Shown here: piece by piece, positions 9,688-19,011 of the stretch
Layout of the letters: the number at the start of each line of letters is the position of its first letter
Numbering within the stretch: position 1 is the stretch's first letter
Assembly: GCA_963703955.1 (NCBI GenBank)
Contig: CAVPGK010000021.1
Span: 32,001 to 96,000, forward strand
Source: Nitrospirota bacterium
GTDB lineage: Bacteria; Nitrospirota; Nitrospiria; Nitrospirales; Nitrospiraceae
Direction: 5' to 3'
Length of the DNA stretch: 64,000 nucleotides
Notes under the pieces: model-generated
What the model was told of the DNA's origin: nothing
Database searches by the model: none
The model's input: the letters and a program-made list of their open reading frames with translations, nothing else
Made by a program: the position numbers and the translations under genes

Positions 9688-10681
9688 ATCGATCTCTTCT
9701 GCTGCCCTCTCTCCGCAAGAACTGCCGGATTTCGCGCGGGCGGTTCGTGAAGGCCTGAGCAAGCCGGGTCAGCGAGAACTTCCGTCCATCTATCTGTATG
9801 ATGAGCTCGGGACGGCCTTGTTTGAGGCCATCACCGTCACGCCCGAATACGGCTTGACCCGGGCGGATGAGCGCCTCCTCCAACGGTATGCCACGGCCAT
9901 CTTGGAATACGTTGCCCCTCCTGTGTTGGTCGTCGAACTGGGCAGCGGAAGCGGGAGAAAAACTCGATGGCTCTTGGAGGCTCTGGCGCACCGTGAAGCC
10001 GTATTCTACTTTCCCATCGACCTCTCGACGTCCGCCCTCCTGAAATGCCGGCAACAACTGCACGACCTGGGGAGCGTCAGTATCGTGGGGCTCGAGAAAT
10101 CCTACCTGGAGGGCTTACAGGAGGTCGCCTGTCGCCGGCGAGGAGGCCAAAGACTGCTGGTGCTCTTTCTGGGAAGCAGTATCGGCAACTTCGATCGTCC
10201 TGCCGGAGACACCTTCTTGCGTGAGATCCGACGCTGCTTGGCTCCAGGCGATGCCCTGCTGCTCGGGATGGATCTTGAGAAGTCTGCCGGCGAGATGCTC
10301 TTGGCCTATAATGACGCTGCCGGCGTCACCGCCGCGTTCAATCTGAATCTACTCGCTCGCATCAATCGCGAGCTACAGGGCGATTTTGTCCTGAGAGCGT
10401 TTGAGCATGAGGCGCGGTACAACGCCCAGGAGCGTCGAATTGAAATGCATCTCCGGTCGAAGGTGGATCAGAGGGTGTCGATCAATGGTGCGGAGCTCTC
10501 CATCACACTGCGAGAAGGCGAAACGATCTGGACGGAAGCCTGTCACAAATACCGCCTCACGGAGATCCCCGAGATGGCACACCGGACTGGGTTTACGTGC
10601 GAAGCCCAGTGGGTGGACGGAGAATGGAGTTTTGCCGAAAATCTGTGGATCGCCGCTCCCGCTTCCGCCTCAGCCCAATGA
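9653..10681 (+). CDS. egtD: L-histidine N-alpha-methyltransferase EgtD
   Basis: LPSIYLYDELG, ELGSGSGRKT, FLGSSIGNF, AYNDAAGVTAAFNLN and RIEMHL. Confidence 0.92.
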   Translation: MPMPDFEWSRTESISSAALSPQELPDFARAVREGLSKPGQRELPSIYLYDELGTALFEAITVTPEYGLTRADERLLQRYATAILEYVAPPVLVVELGSGSGRKTRWLLEALAHREAVFYFPIDLSTSALLKCRQQLHDLGSVSIVGLEKSYLEGLQEVACRRRGGQRLLVLFLGSSIGNFDRPAGDTFLREIRRCLAPGDALLLGMDLEKSAGEMLLAYNDAAGVTAAFNLNLLARINRELQGDFVLRAFEHEARYNAQERRIEMHLRSKVDQRVSINGAELSITLREGETIWTEACHKYRLTEIPEMAHRTGFTCEAQWVDGEWSFAENLWIAAPASASAQ

Positions 10682-11421
10682 GCCCCCTTGTCTCATTCCA
10701 GAACGTCTCCGCCCGCATCGGCTCGAAAGATATCCTCCGCGAGGTCAGTTTCGACATGGAAGCCGGAGAAACGCTGGTGCTCTTGGGCCGTAGCGGATCC
10801 GGCAAGACGACCGCGCTGAAGCTGGTCAATGCCTTACTACAACCGAGTACCGGCGAAGTCCTGGTCGAGGACAAACCCACGACCAAGTGGGACCCTATTC
10901 GACTACGGCGTCGGATCGGCTACGTGATCCAGGAGGGAGGTCTCTTTCCGCACTTCACTATCGCGGACAACGTCGGTTTGGTCCCTCGGCTGGAGGGTTG
11001 GTCACGAGACGACGTCAAGGCGCGTGTCGAGTCGTTGCTCACTCAGGTCGGCCTTCCTCCGGAAGACTTCGCCACCCGATATCCGCGAGAACTTTCCGGC
11101 GGGCAGCGCCAGCGGGTGGGCGTGGCGCGCGCGCTCGCCGGGGACCCGCAGCTCCTGCTGTTCGACGAACCGTTCGGCGCGGTGGATCCCGTCACACGAC
11201 TCGATCTGCAGCGGCAATTCCTCGCGTTGCGTCGCCGGTATGGCAAGACCGCGCTCTTCGTCACGCACGACATGCGAGAGGCCCTGGCGCTCGGCACGCG
11301 CATCGGGCTCCTTCACCATGGCAGGCTGGAACTTTTGACCACGCCGTCCGATTTTCTTCAGACCAAGAACGAGGAAGCTCAAGCCTTTCTGGCGTGTCTC
11401 AATCCAACCACGGAGATGTGA
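10678..11421 (+). CDS. ABC transporter ATP-binding protein, OpuA/ProV (EgtV-like) type
   Basis: Walker A GRSGSGKT, GYVIQ, LSGGQRQRVG, DEPFGAVD and VTHD. ATGA overlap with egtD. Confidence 0.9.
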   Translation: MSPLVSFQNVSARIGSKDILREVSFDMEAGETLVLLGRSGSGKTTALKLVNALLQPSTGEVLVEDKPTTKWDPIRLRRRIGYVIQEGGLFPHFTIADNVGLVPRLEGWSRDDVKARVESLLTQVGLPPEDFATRYPRELSGGQRQRVGVARALAGDPQLLLFDEPFGAVDPVTRLDLQRQFLALRRRYGKTALFVTHDMREALALGTRIGLLHHGRLELLTTPSDFLQTKNEEAQAFLACLNPTTEM

Positions 11422-12038
11422 TGCCGTCGATTTTGATCCAAGAAATTAGTGACCAGACCTTGGAGCATCTCTTTCTTGTGACGGTCACCATGGTTATCGC
11501 GGCCTTGCTTGGCATTCCTGCCGGAATCTTCCTGACCAGACAGGCTAGACTGCAGAGATGGGTCATGGGGTTCATCAGCGCGGCGCAGACCATCCCCAGC
11601 TTGGCATTGTTCGGCTTCCTGATTCCGCTCCCGTTTCTGGGCGGCATCGGCAAGTCCACGGCAATCATCGCGCTGGTTCTGTATGCGCTCTTGCCGATTG
11701 TGCAGAATACCGTGGCCGGTATCCTAGGGGTGGACAGAGTCGTGAAAGAATCCGCCATCGCCATGGGACTCACGAATCGGCAACTGTTGTGGGAGATTGA
11801 ATTTCCCTTGGCGGGACGGACGATTCTGACGGGTCTCAGAATCGCCACGGTCACCACCATCGGCACGGCCACCATTGCGGCTGCAATCGGAGCAGGCGGA
11901 CTGGGGGTCTTTATTTTTCGAGGCCTGGCTTCGGTTGACGCAACCCTGCTCCTCGCCGGAGCGATTCCTGCCGCCATCATGGCTATCATCCTCGATCGGG
12001 GGCTCGAATGGGTCGTACAAAAGGTCTCGCCGGTGTAA
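11421..12038 (+). CDS. ABC transporter permease, OpuB/ProW type
   Basis: QTIPSLALFG, YALLPIVQNT, EAA loop ESAIAMG and IGAGGLG. Start ATG 11421. Confidence 0.9.
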   Translation: MPSILIQEISDQTLEHLFLVTVTMVIAALLGIPAGIFLTRQARLQRWVMGFISAAQTIPSLALFGFLIPLPFLGGIGKSTAIIALVLYALLPIVQNTVAGILGVDRVVKESAIAMGLTNRQLLWEIEFPLAGRTILTGLRIATVTTIGTATIAAAIGAGGLGVFIFRGLASVDATLLLAGAIPAAIMAIILDRGLEWVVQKVSPV

Positions 12039-12898
12039 CGCTCCTTGTCGTGGCCGGTTGGATGAGCGCCTGTGATGGGGAGCGCCCTATTACGGTCGGC
12101 GCCAAAAACTTTACCGAGCAGGTCATCTTGGGAGAAATTGTCGCGCAACACCTCGAGCGCAGGCTGGGTCGTCGCGTCGACCGCAAATTGAACCTGGGCG
12201 GGACACTCCTGGCGCATCAAGCTCTCGTCAAAGGTGACATCGACCTGTATCCCGAATACGCGGGGACCGCACTAACGGCGGTTCTAAAACTTCCGGCCTC
12301 TTCCGATCCGAGCCACGTATGGCAACTGGTCAAGGACCACTATCAGCGCCGGTTTGACATTGAATGGTTGGATCCCCTTGGCTTCAACAATACGTTCGCC
12401 ATGGTGATCCGCGGGGAGGACGCTCGACGACATCGCATCACATCACTAAGCGACGCCGCTGGGTATAAGCCCGGTTGGAAAGTCGGAATGGGGTATGAAT
12501 TTCAGCAACGGCCGGACGGCCTTGCCGGTCTGATGAAGACCTACAACCTTCCCCTCAAGGGATCACCCGTCACCCTGGACCTCGGGTTGCTATACCAGGC
12601 GCTCGAAGGGAGACAGGTCGATATGGTGGCAGGAAACGCGACGGATGGGAGGCTAGCAGTCCTGGACGTCGTCATCCTGTCTGATGACAAACAATACTTT
12701 CCTCCCTACCAGGCCGCATTGGCGGTGCGCACCGAGGCGGTGAAAGCGGAACCGCTCCTCCGACAAGTCTTAAACGAACTCTCCGGCAGATTGTCAGACG
12801 CGGCCATGCGAACACTGAACCACCAAGTTGACGGCGAACACCTCCCTCTTCAAAAAGTCGCCGAGCGGTTCCTGCGGGAAGCGGAGCTTGCCGACTGA
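12008..12898 (+). CDS. Glycine betaine/ergothioneine-type ABC substrate-binding lipoprotein (OpuAC/OsmF family)
   Basis: Lipoprotein signal ending MSAC, VGAKNFTEQ, YPEYAGT, FNNTFA, EFQQRPDG and FPPY. Confidence 0.9.
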   Translation: MGRTKGLAGVTLLVVAGWMSACDGERPITVGAKNFTEQVILGEIVAQHLERRLGRRVDRKLNLGGTLLAHQALVKGDIDLYPEYAGTALTAVLKLPASSDPSHVWQLVKDHYQRRFDIEWLDPLGFNNTFAMVIRGEDARRHRITSLSDAAGYKPGWKVGMGYEFQQRPDGLAGLMKTYNLPLKGSPVTLDLGLLYQALEGRQVDMVAGNATDGRLAVLDVVILSDDKQYFPPYQAALAVRTEAVKAEPLLRQVLNELSGRLSDAAMRTLNHQVDGEHLPLQKVAERFLREAELAD

Positions 12899-13007
12899 CG
12901 ATGGACGTAGCGCCAACGCGTGCTACACTTTTCCTGACAGGCCGGTAAGACGGCCTTCCCGCCAAACAACAATAGATCGCGACAACACTTTCAAGGGGAA
13001 CAAAGCT

Positions 13008-13544
13008 ATGAGTTCAGCAGGTTGGAACACCGTTGCAGTTCTAGGAATCCTGGCCTTCGTCGCCGCCACATTTTTGGCTACCAGCGCCGCGTTGTTCTTA
13101 GGGCTGTTGCCGATCTACCGAGAACGACATCAGCGTCGCGAGCAAGCCTCACTGATGCGCTCCCAACTGCTGGCTCACCTGAGAGTGATACGAGAATCCA
13201 TCGCGCCTCGCAGTCACCCGTTGGACTTGTTGCAACGGGAAGCCTACGAACCTCTTCAATATTTGTGGATACAGGCGCATGTTCTTGAAGCTGAGGAACT
13301 ACGACTAGTCAATCGGGCTCATGCCCTACTGCTCACCCTGCGCAACAGGCCCTCGATCAACCAGAGAGAGACACGAATGGCACAAGATCTGATCGATCAG
13401 ACGTGCATGGCACTGGAACGATACGATCTGGACTCCCGTTCAGAAAGAGCCAAGCTATCCCCCGCTGATGTACTGTTTGCCTACGTGCAAACTCGATGGG
13501 CCTCTCGTAGCGGCTCATTGAGCAAGCGGATAGAACCAGCCTAA
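13008..13544 (+). CDS. Hypothetical membrane-anchored protein
   Basis: RBS AGGGGA precedes ATG 13008. N-terminal hydrophobic helix followed by a helical soluble domain. Confidence 0.65.
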   Translation: MSSAGWNTVAVLGILAFVAATFLATSAALFLGLLPIYRERHQRREQASLMRSQLLAHLRVIRESIAPRSHPLDLLQREAYEPLQYLWIQAHVLEAEELRLVNRAHALLLTLRNRPSINQRETRMAQDLIDQTCMALERYDLDSRSERAKLSPADVLFAYVQTRWASRSGSLSKRIEPA

Positions 13545-13573
13545 CCAACCTCCCCGGAACGCAAAGCCGCCAC

Positions 13574-13752
13574 GCCGCATGTAATCGAAGCGGCGATTCA
13601 CGCCAAGCAATGTCTACCTGAGGTATTGACTCTCCGCATCTGATCGAAGCGGGCAGCTCAAGAATGTAATGCAGGGGATCGCTGGAGGCACTTATCCGGG
13701 CGCATCAGTTGGAGGTATTGGGTCTCCGGGCCGATTTGATCGAACGGCCCCG
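13574..13752. repeat. Three hairpins with a conserved 11-nt loop downstream of tRNA-Cys
   Basis: gccgc-atgtaatcgaa-gcggc, ccgc-atctgatcgaa-gcgg and gggccg-atttgatcgaa-cggccc. Confidence 0.65.
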
Positions 13753-13771
13753 GCTCACACGAAGTGCGGTT

Positions 13772-13847
13772 TGGAGGCGCCGAGCGGGTTCGAACCGCTG
13801 CATCGCAGTTTTGCAGACTGCTCCCTTAGCCACTTGGGTACGGCGCC
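13772..13847 (-). tRNA. tRNA-Cys(GCA)
   Basis: Reverse complement GGCGCCGTACCCAAGTGGCTAAGGGAGCAGTCTGCAAAACTGCGATGCAGCGGTTCGAACCCGCTCGGCGCCTCCA forms a cloverleaf with GCA anticodon and encoded CCA. Confidence 0.97.
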
Positions 13848-13849
13848 TT
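13806..13849. repeat. att site (44 bp, within the intact tRNA-Cys)
   Basis: cagttttgcagactgctcccttagccacttgggtacggcgcctt. Confidence 0.95.
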
Positions 13850-13871
13850 TGGTTGTGTTTTCAAGCATTTC

Positions 13872-15074
13872 TCACGCAGGCTGCGCCTGGCTCACTAGGC
13901 CAGGTTGCGTCAGGGTTGCGGATTTGGCCGCTTCGGCGCTCATTCCCGGCCCTGCGTCTTGTGGGTCATCCAGTGCCTGCACATGGTGACGATTCGCACC
14001 TGGAAACAGGTAACAATAGATATTCAACGTGACGGAGATAGTACCATGGCCGAGTTGCTCCTGGATATACTTTGGATTGGCCCCTTGCTGAATGAGCAGG
14101 GACGCGAAGGTATGGCGCAGGTCATGAAATCGGACATGCCGCAGACCGGCCGCCTCCAGGCTGCGATACAGGGCCTTCCTCAGCGTGCGGGCACTCAACC
14201 GTTGATCGGAGGGGCCGAGAAATACCCACTCCGGCATCGGCTGGCCCTTCATCGCATACTCTAAACGCCTTGTCTCTTTCAAGGCCGCCAGGACAGCCGC
14301 TAATTGCGGTGACAGATCGACACGCCGGATCTTATGCGTCTTGGGCGTCGTCACCTGATGGCGCACGATTCCGCGCCGCACCTCAAGAAATTGGCCCCGG
14401 AAGTCGATATCCCCCCATTGCAGTCCGATCAATTCGCTTTCCCGCAGTCCGGTTCTGACCGCACAGAGCAAGACGGGATAGAACGCCGCCCAACGGTCCT
14501 GTGCCGTTTTGAGGAGGAGGCGGACTTCCTCAGCGGTCAACGGGTCAATATGGCTATTCGACGTGTCCCGCCGGCTGACCAAGCGGCCAGCGTTCAGGAC
14601 TGGATTGACGGTCACCAATCCATCATCGATGGCATGGTTGTAGGCCTCTTTCAGCGGTGTGAGAATGTTGTGCACGGTTTGCTTCTTGCGCCCGCTCGTC
14701 ACCAGCTCGGCAATCAGGCGCTTGACATCACTCCGCGTGACTTCATGCAGGGACCGCCCGCCGAGCGCCGGCAGAATGTGTTTCACAATGACCTTGCGAT
14801 ACTCGCTCGCCGTGCTTGCCTTACAATGCACGTCCGCATACGAGGAAAGCCACTCCATCAGATAATCCGCCACCGTGGGGATGCGGCCATCCGGCCGGGT
14901 GAGCGCACCTGTTCGCCACTCTGTTCGGCCCATTTCAGCTTGGCCGATAGTTTTTCGGCAAAGGCCTTTGCCTGTTTCTTGTCCTTGCCAAAGATCTTCG
15001 CCTTGCGCCGACCCTTCCAATCCGTCAGAACATACCAACCCTTTCCTGGTCGCTCACGTCAGTTTGACGCCCAT
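13872..15074 (-). CDS. Tyrosine recombinase/integrase (two apparent frameshifts near 15059 and 14908)
   Basis: TGLRESE, HDLRHT, QLGH and TLNIY. RBS AAGGAGG precedes ATG 15074, giving MGVKL/RERPGKGWYVLTDWKGRRKAKIFG after indel correction. Confidence 0.9.
13901..13923. promoter_or_regulatory. Putative integrase arm-type sites (left end)
   Basis: caggttgcgtcagggttgcggat, two GGTTGCG units 11 bp apart. A near-identical pair lies at 20960-20982. Confidence 0.6.
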
Positions 15075-15216
15075 GGGACTTCACCTCCTTCTCGCCGAGC
15101 TCTCGCTCCAACAAGCTCCGAATATACCCGCTCGCGGTGTAGCTCTGTGTCCGCAAAGCGTCGAGCTTCGCCTTCAAGGATAGTGGCAATTGAATGACCA
15201 CTCGTTTCATTTGCAT
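15025..15216 (-). CDS. Small ribbon-helix-helix-like DNA-binding protein upstream of the integrase
   Basis: MKRVVIQLPLSLKAKLDALR...SGYIRSLLERELG has a beta-alpha-alpha pattern. Removing the same extra A as in the integrase would end it at about 15054. Confidence 0.65.
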   Translation of the reverse strand: MQMKRVVIQLPLSLKAKLDALRTQSYTASGYIRSLLERELGEKEVKSHGRQTDVSDQERVGMF

Positions 15217-15236
15217 CTAACTTCATCCTCTCATCC

Positions 15237-15311
15237 GATAATATGGTGTATGATAATATGGTCCCATGATATCAAACTAGCAAGATTGATGTAAAGTGAA
15301 TAAGATTGACA
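15237..15311. promoter_or_regulatory. Divergent promoter/operator region
   Basis: AT-rich, with direct repeats GATAATATGGT x2 and AAGATTGA x2, and TTGACA at 15306, between two divergent RHH-like genes. Confidence 0.5.
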
Positions 15312-15342
15312 GCAACGATGCACGTGGTTACGGTACCGAGCG

Positions 15343-15522
15343 ATGTCGAACGAGACTACACGGCCCGCTAAACAGCAGCTTGGTATCCGTATCGACCAGG
15401 ACGTTGTTGTCGAAACCAAGGTCCTGGCTGCACGCCAGCGCCGACGCGTAAATGAGGTCGTGGAAGAAGCGCTCAAGGATTTACTGAAGAAATATCAGGG
15501 GAAGCGGAAGGAACGGCGATAG
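15343..15522 (+). CDS. Ribbon-helix-helix regulator (59 aa, below the ORF-track cutoff)
   Basis: Manual translation MSNETTRPAKQQLGIRIDQDVVVETKVLAARQRRRVNEVVEEALKDLLKKYQGKRKERR*. Confidence 0.75.
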   Translation: MSNETTRPAKQQLGIRIDQDVVVETKVLAARQRRRVNEVVEEALKDLLKKYQGKRKERR

Positions 15523-15534
15523 GAGTATATTGCC

Positions 15535-16125
15535 TTGACTGAATTCGTTACGTTTGGCGCCCTTGGCGTCATTGTTCTGATCATTGTCCTTGCTGGACGC
15601 CTCCCCCAGATGGGAGAACGTTTGGGGCAACTCCTCAAGCGGAGGCAGGCTTCCGGCAAAAGGGCCTCAGCGGCAGCGATACGTCACGAATCGGTACTTG
15701 CGGAGCAGTGGGCTCCGGCGTGCAGGAGACTAGATACCATCCTAGCCGTTCTCGGTCAGATCGGCGATGCTTTAGTTGTTGAAAGTGAAGCTATGGGGAC
15801 CAAAATTGCGGGGTTAGAGCGGCAGTTCGAACGAGAGTCAACCGCTGACAGAACCGAGGCCTTCAAAGCCCTACAGGATTCTAGTGAAAGGCAGAACCGA
15901 CGTTTGGAAATGGCCCGAGGCCTCTGGGACGAAGCCAATACGCTCGTACGGATTCTCTCTTTGAGTGCTGATGAATTAGCGCTTCAAGGGCATGCGGGGC
16001 GTTTGGGTCTCGGGAACAAGAATCGTGCTTGTCATTTCGCGGGCTTCCAGCGAGTTCGGTTTCTTGTTTTGCTTGTTCCCTTAGATTTACTTTGTCGCGC
16101 AGAAAATTCGCAGACCGGCGTATAA
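15535..16125 (+). CDS. Hypothetical membrane-anchored coiled-coil protein
   Basis: RBS AGGAG precedes TTG. N-terminal TM plus amphipathic helix (GRLPQMGERLG). The C-terminus may be spurious. Confidence 0.5.
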   Translation: MTEFVTFGALGVIVLIIVLAGRLPQMGERLGQLLKRRQASGKRASAAAIRHESVLAEQWAPACRRLDTILAVLGQIGDALVVESEAMGTKIAGLERQFERESTADRTEAFKALQDSSERQNRRLEMARGLWDEANTLVRILSLSADELALQGHAGRLGLGNKNRACHFAGFQRVRFLVLLVPLDLLCRAENSQTGV

Positions 16126-16518
16126 AGACTGATTGGTGGCTACGGTCACTAATCGCTGTCCTATTTCTCAAGCTAGTGAAGCCGTGGCGGGCAGCCACTT
16201 TTGCGAAATGTGCGGAGTCAGCCTGGATCATCGGCGGGCCAACGCACGCACTTGCGGACCGCGATGTCGAAAGCGCTTGAGCCTACGACGCTTACGGCAG
16301 TAAGGGGCTTAGGGCTGGGGTGACTCTTTTCGGCTTCCATCTTTAAATTTCTTAAAATTGTTCAGCCAACCGAGGATGGAGTGGGATGATGGACAGGCGC
16401 GCGGCATCTTGCGTACGCGTGGCTATCGCGGGTTGTTCTATCCGCCTCATCTCCGTTATTCATGCGCCTCTCCTGCCGTTTTCCGGCGATGAAGGACACG
16501 TTTCCCGTATTGTCACGA

Positions 16519-16620
16519 GGAGTGCAGGAGTTGGGCGGATGGGCCAGCCTCTCACTCGTCCAGCGGTATGCGCACGTTTCCCCCGTCCAGGAAGGCGGAG
16601 GCGGTCGAAGAGCTCGTGAG
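16519..16620 (+). pseudogene. C-terminal remnant of a second tyrosine integrase
   Basis: GVQELGGWASLSLVQRYAHVSP matches the box II / catalytic Tyr region of tyrosine recombinases. Confidence 0.75.
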
Positions 16621-16686
16621 AAATTCTACTACGCTATTTACTACGCCCGAAACGCGGCAATTGGTAACCGCTTGAAACTACGGCCC

Positions 16687-16728
16687 GGAGGGGTGACGGA
16701 GCGGCCGAACGTGCCGGTCTTGAAAACC
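16687..16728 (+). pseudogene. 5' half of tRNA-Ser(TGA), att-like remnant
   Basis: GGAGGGGTGACGGAGCGGCCGAACGTGCCGGTCTTGAAAACC gives the acceptor 5' strand, D arm and anticodon arm with TGA. No variable or T arm follows. Confidence 0.8.
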
Positions 16729-16981
16729 TCGCGGAGCGGGGTAACGGAACCCGATGAAAACGCGTGAAACACTGCATGGATACTGGCGAAACGCAGTGAG
16801 CGATCGTTCCCCCGCCGTACCCGAAAGTACCCCGATTTACCCCGGCATTCCCCTACGCGATTCACTACATTTTCTCGCGGCCCCTAGCGATTGCAACGCG
16901 ACAAGGGCGGACACTCTCTCTGCCTTGGGGCCGCGTCTTTGGAGAGGCGCGAGGAGAGACGCGCATGGGCACCACACGAGC

Positions 16982-17158
16982 ATGTGGAATCAGGACTGGT
17001 TCAAGGAAGATGATTACGACGCCGATGACCTGGGCCGATTCCCGCAGGGCGTCGGCTTTCCCGGCGCACAGTCAGCCGACTGGGGCTGGGCGCAACACAT
17101 GCTGGCATCTCTGGCCGAAAACGGACGAGCCGCGATCGTCATCGACACCGCGGGCTAA
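16982..17158 (+). pseudogene. hsdM: Internal fragment of a type I restriction-modification methyltransferase (HsdM)
   Basis: MWNQD...RFP..G.PG..SADWGWAQHMLASLAENGRAAIVIDT resembles the HsdM segment after the catalytic NPxx motif. Confidence 0.7.
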
Positions 17159-17267
17159 AGTGGGGCAGTTCTCTTTTTGAGCAACAAAGCTATCTCACTT
17201 TACCTGACTGCAATTCAGCAGCATACGATCCTGATAGACTTTGGCCCCGAATAAGTCGCGCTTTTAG

Positions 17268-18854
17268 GTGTCGTCAAGGATGCCCCACGAATACAAGACT
17301 CTCCCGCTCGCTGTCTGGAAGCCAATGGCTCAACTTTTCAAGAGAATTTCCGGTTCTACGATTGCGAGCGTTTTGATCCTCATCTGTCTGATCAGCATCC
17401 CGGAGTACATCGTCCAGGGATTGTCGCTGTTTCGTCTCGACGAAGCGGGATACGGAGACAGCTACATCCTCTACGATGTGCTCCAGTTCCAGAAAACCGG
17501 TAGGATCTATCGAAACCTGGCAGAGCCGCCCTTTTTGCCGGCGCAGTACAGCCCTCTCGTTTATGTGCTCTACTCACTTCCAGGGCGCGTGGCGAGTTGG
17601 GAGAATCTCTTCGTGGCGCCGCGGCTGGTCGCGATTGCCGCATTCCTTGCCTGCATCTGTCTGATTACATCCATTGTCCGTGTTCTCTTTCGTTCAGGCC
17701 TGGTTTGGGTCTGGGGTCTTCTCCTTCCGTTTTCAATCCGCCTTATACCCCTCTGGATTCTTCAGCTGCGTGGCGACTTTCCGGGGCTCGCTCTCAGTCT
17801 GCTTGCGATTCGCTTCCTGTTATCCGACTCTCGCTGGGCGGTGCCGCTTGCCGCGGTGTGTGCAGGATTGGCAGTACAAGTAAAGTTCACATTCGTCGCT
17901 GCGGCCTCAGCAGGGGCTGCATGGCTGCTGGTTCAAAGACGATGGCGAGACCTCGCTCGATTTATCGCGTTCTTTGCGGTCTCATCCATGGGCCTGTTTC
18001 TTCTCTATTCTCTGCGTGAGCCAGGGATGATTTCACAAATGCTCTCCCTGTCTCCCGGTGTCAGAAACGTCGGCGGAAACGTGGTGCTCATGAATAAGGT
18101 AGCCGGCGAACTCGTGATACTTCTGAGCCTGGTCGGTCTGGCAAGTATGGAATGGCGCGCGTCGGCAAAGGAAACCCTCCTGGCTCTCTATCTTGCAACA
18201 TCCTTCATGGTTGCCGCCGTGACGGCCGTTCAGGCAGGTGCGAATACCAACTACTATTGGGAAACGCTCTTCGCTTCCATCCCCTTTGCTGTGCTCGGAG
18301 TGTTGCGGCTGATGGAACTGGCAGGACGGCATACGGCGCTGGGGCCGGCACTGGCTGTCTTCCTTTTCATTCATTCCCTCTTTCCTGTCGCGATGAGCGC
18401 GTATGAAGGCGTCCCAACGCTCAAAAAGGGATGGGCGGAATCCGGCGACGATGAAATGCGCAAACTGAGCCAGGTTCTGGCAGGCTCGCGCATGTTCTCA
18501 TCGTTTCCGCGTCTGGCTCTCCTTGACCCCAATCCTCCCTTGACGGAACCTTTCCTTCTGTCCTACCTTCACCGCCTCGGGAAAGTGGATCTGGGACCCT
18601 TCACACAGCCTCTCCTCAGACGCGAATATGATGTTGTGATTACCTATGATTCGCCGCGCGTCTATCGCAATGTCAACCAGTTAGACCCGGAACTGCGTAG
18701 CGCCATCGCGAGTTCGTACAAGCCGTATTGCACGTTCCACCATGGCCTGTTCCACTTCCCGGATGGTGTGGATCCGTCCACGAGCATCCTGAAGGGGCGC
18801 TTGAGAGAGATTGGTTGCTCGCCGGTTTCCGACGAAGGCACGAAGAACTGGTAG
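17268..18854 (+). CDS. Polytopic membrane protein, probable GT-C-fold glycosyltransferase
   Basis: About 11 hydrophobic segments, N-terminal loop YGDSYI...YSPLVY, RGD and VKFT, plus a soluble C-terminal domain. Lies next to a GT2. Confidence 0.6.
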   Translation: MSSRMPHEYKTLPLAVWKPMAQLFKRISGSTIASVLILICLISIPEYIVQGLSLFRLDEAGYGDSYILYDVLQFQKTGRIYRNLAEPPFLPAQYSPLVYVLYSLPGRVASWENLFVAPRLVAIAAFLACICLITSIVRVLFRSGLVWVWGLLLPFSIRLIPLWILQLRGDFPGLALSLLAIRFLLSDSRWAVPLAAVCAGLAVQVKFTFVAAASAGAAWLLVQRRWRDLARFIAFFAVSSMGLFLLYSLREPGMISQMLSLSPGVRNVGGNVVLMNKVAGELVILLSLVGLASMEWRASAKETLLALYLATSFMVAAVTAVQAGANTNYYWETLFASIPFAVLGVLRLMELAGRHTALGPALAVFLFIHSLFPVAMSAYEGVPTLKKGWAESGDDEMRKLSQVLAGSRMFSSFPRLALLDPNPPLTEPFLLSYLHRLGKVDLGPFTQPLLRREYDVVITYDSPRVYRNVNQLDPELRSAIASSYKPYCTFHHGLFHFPDGVDPSTSILKGRLREIGCSPVSDEGTKNW

Positions 18855-19011
18855 TTAAGTGCTATAGGCATCCTGATACCAAGATGTTAGAGTTACTGCC
18901 ACTTCTGAACCTGCGTTTGCTGGAAGTCTGAAACGAAGCTTCTACATACGATTGGTTTGTCATCTCCTTCTGTTAGGTGTCGAAAAGCAGCTGAGAGCAG
19001 AATGGTGAACC

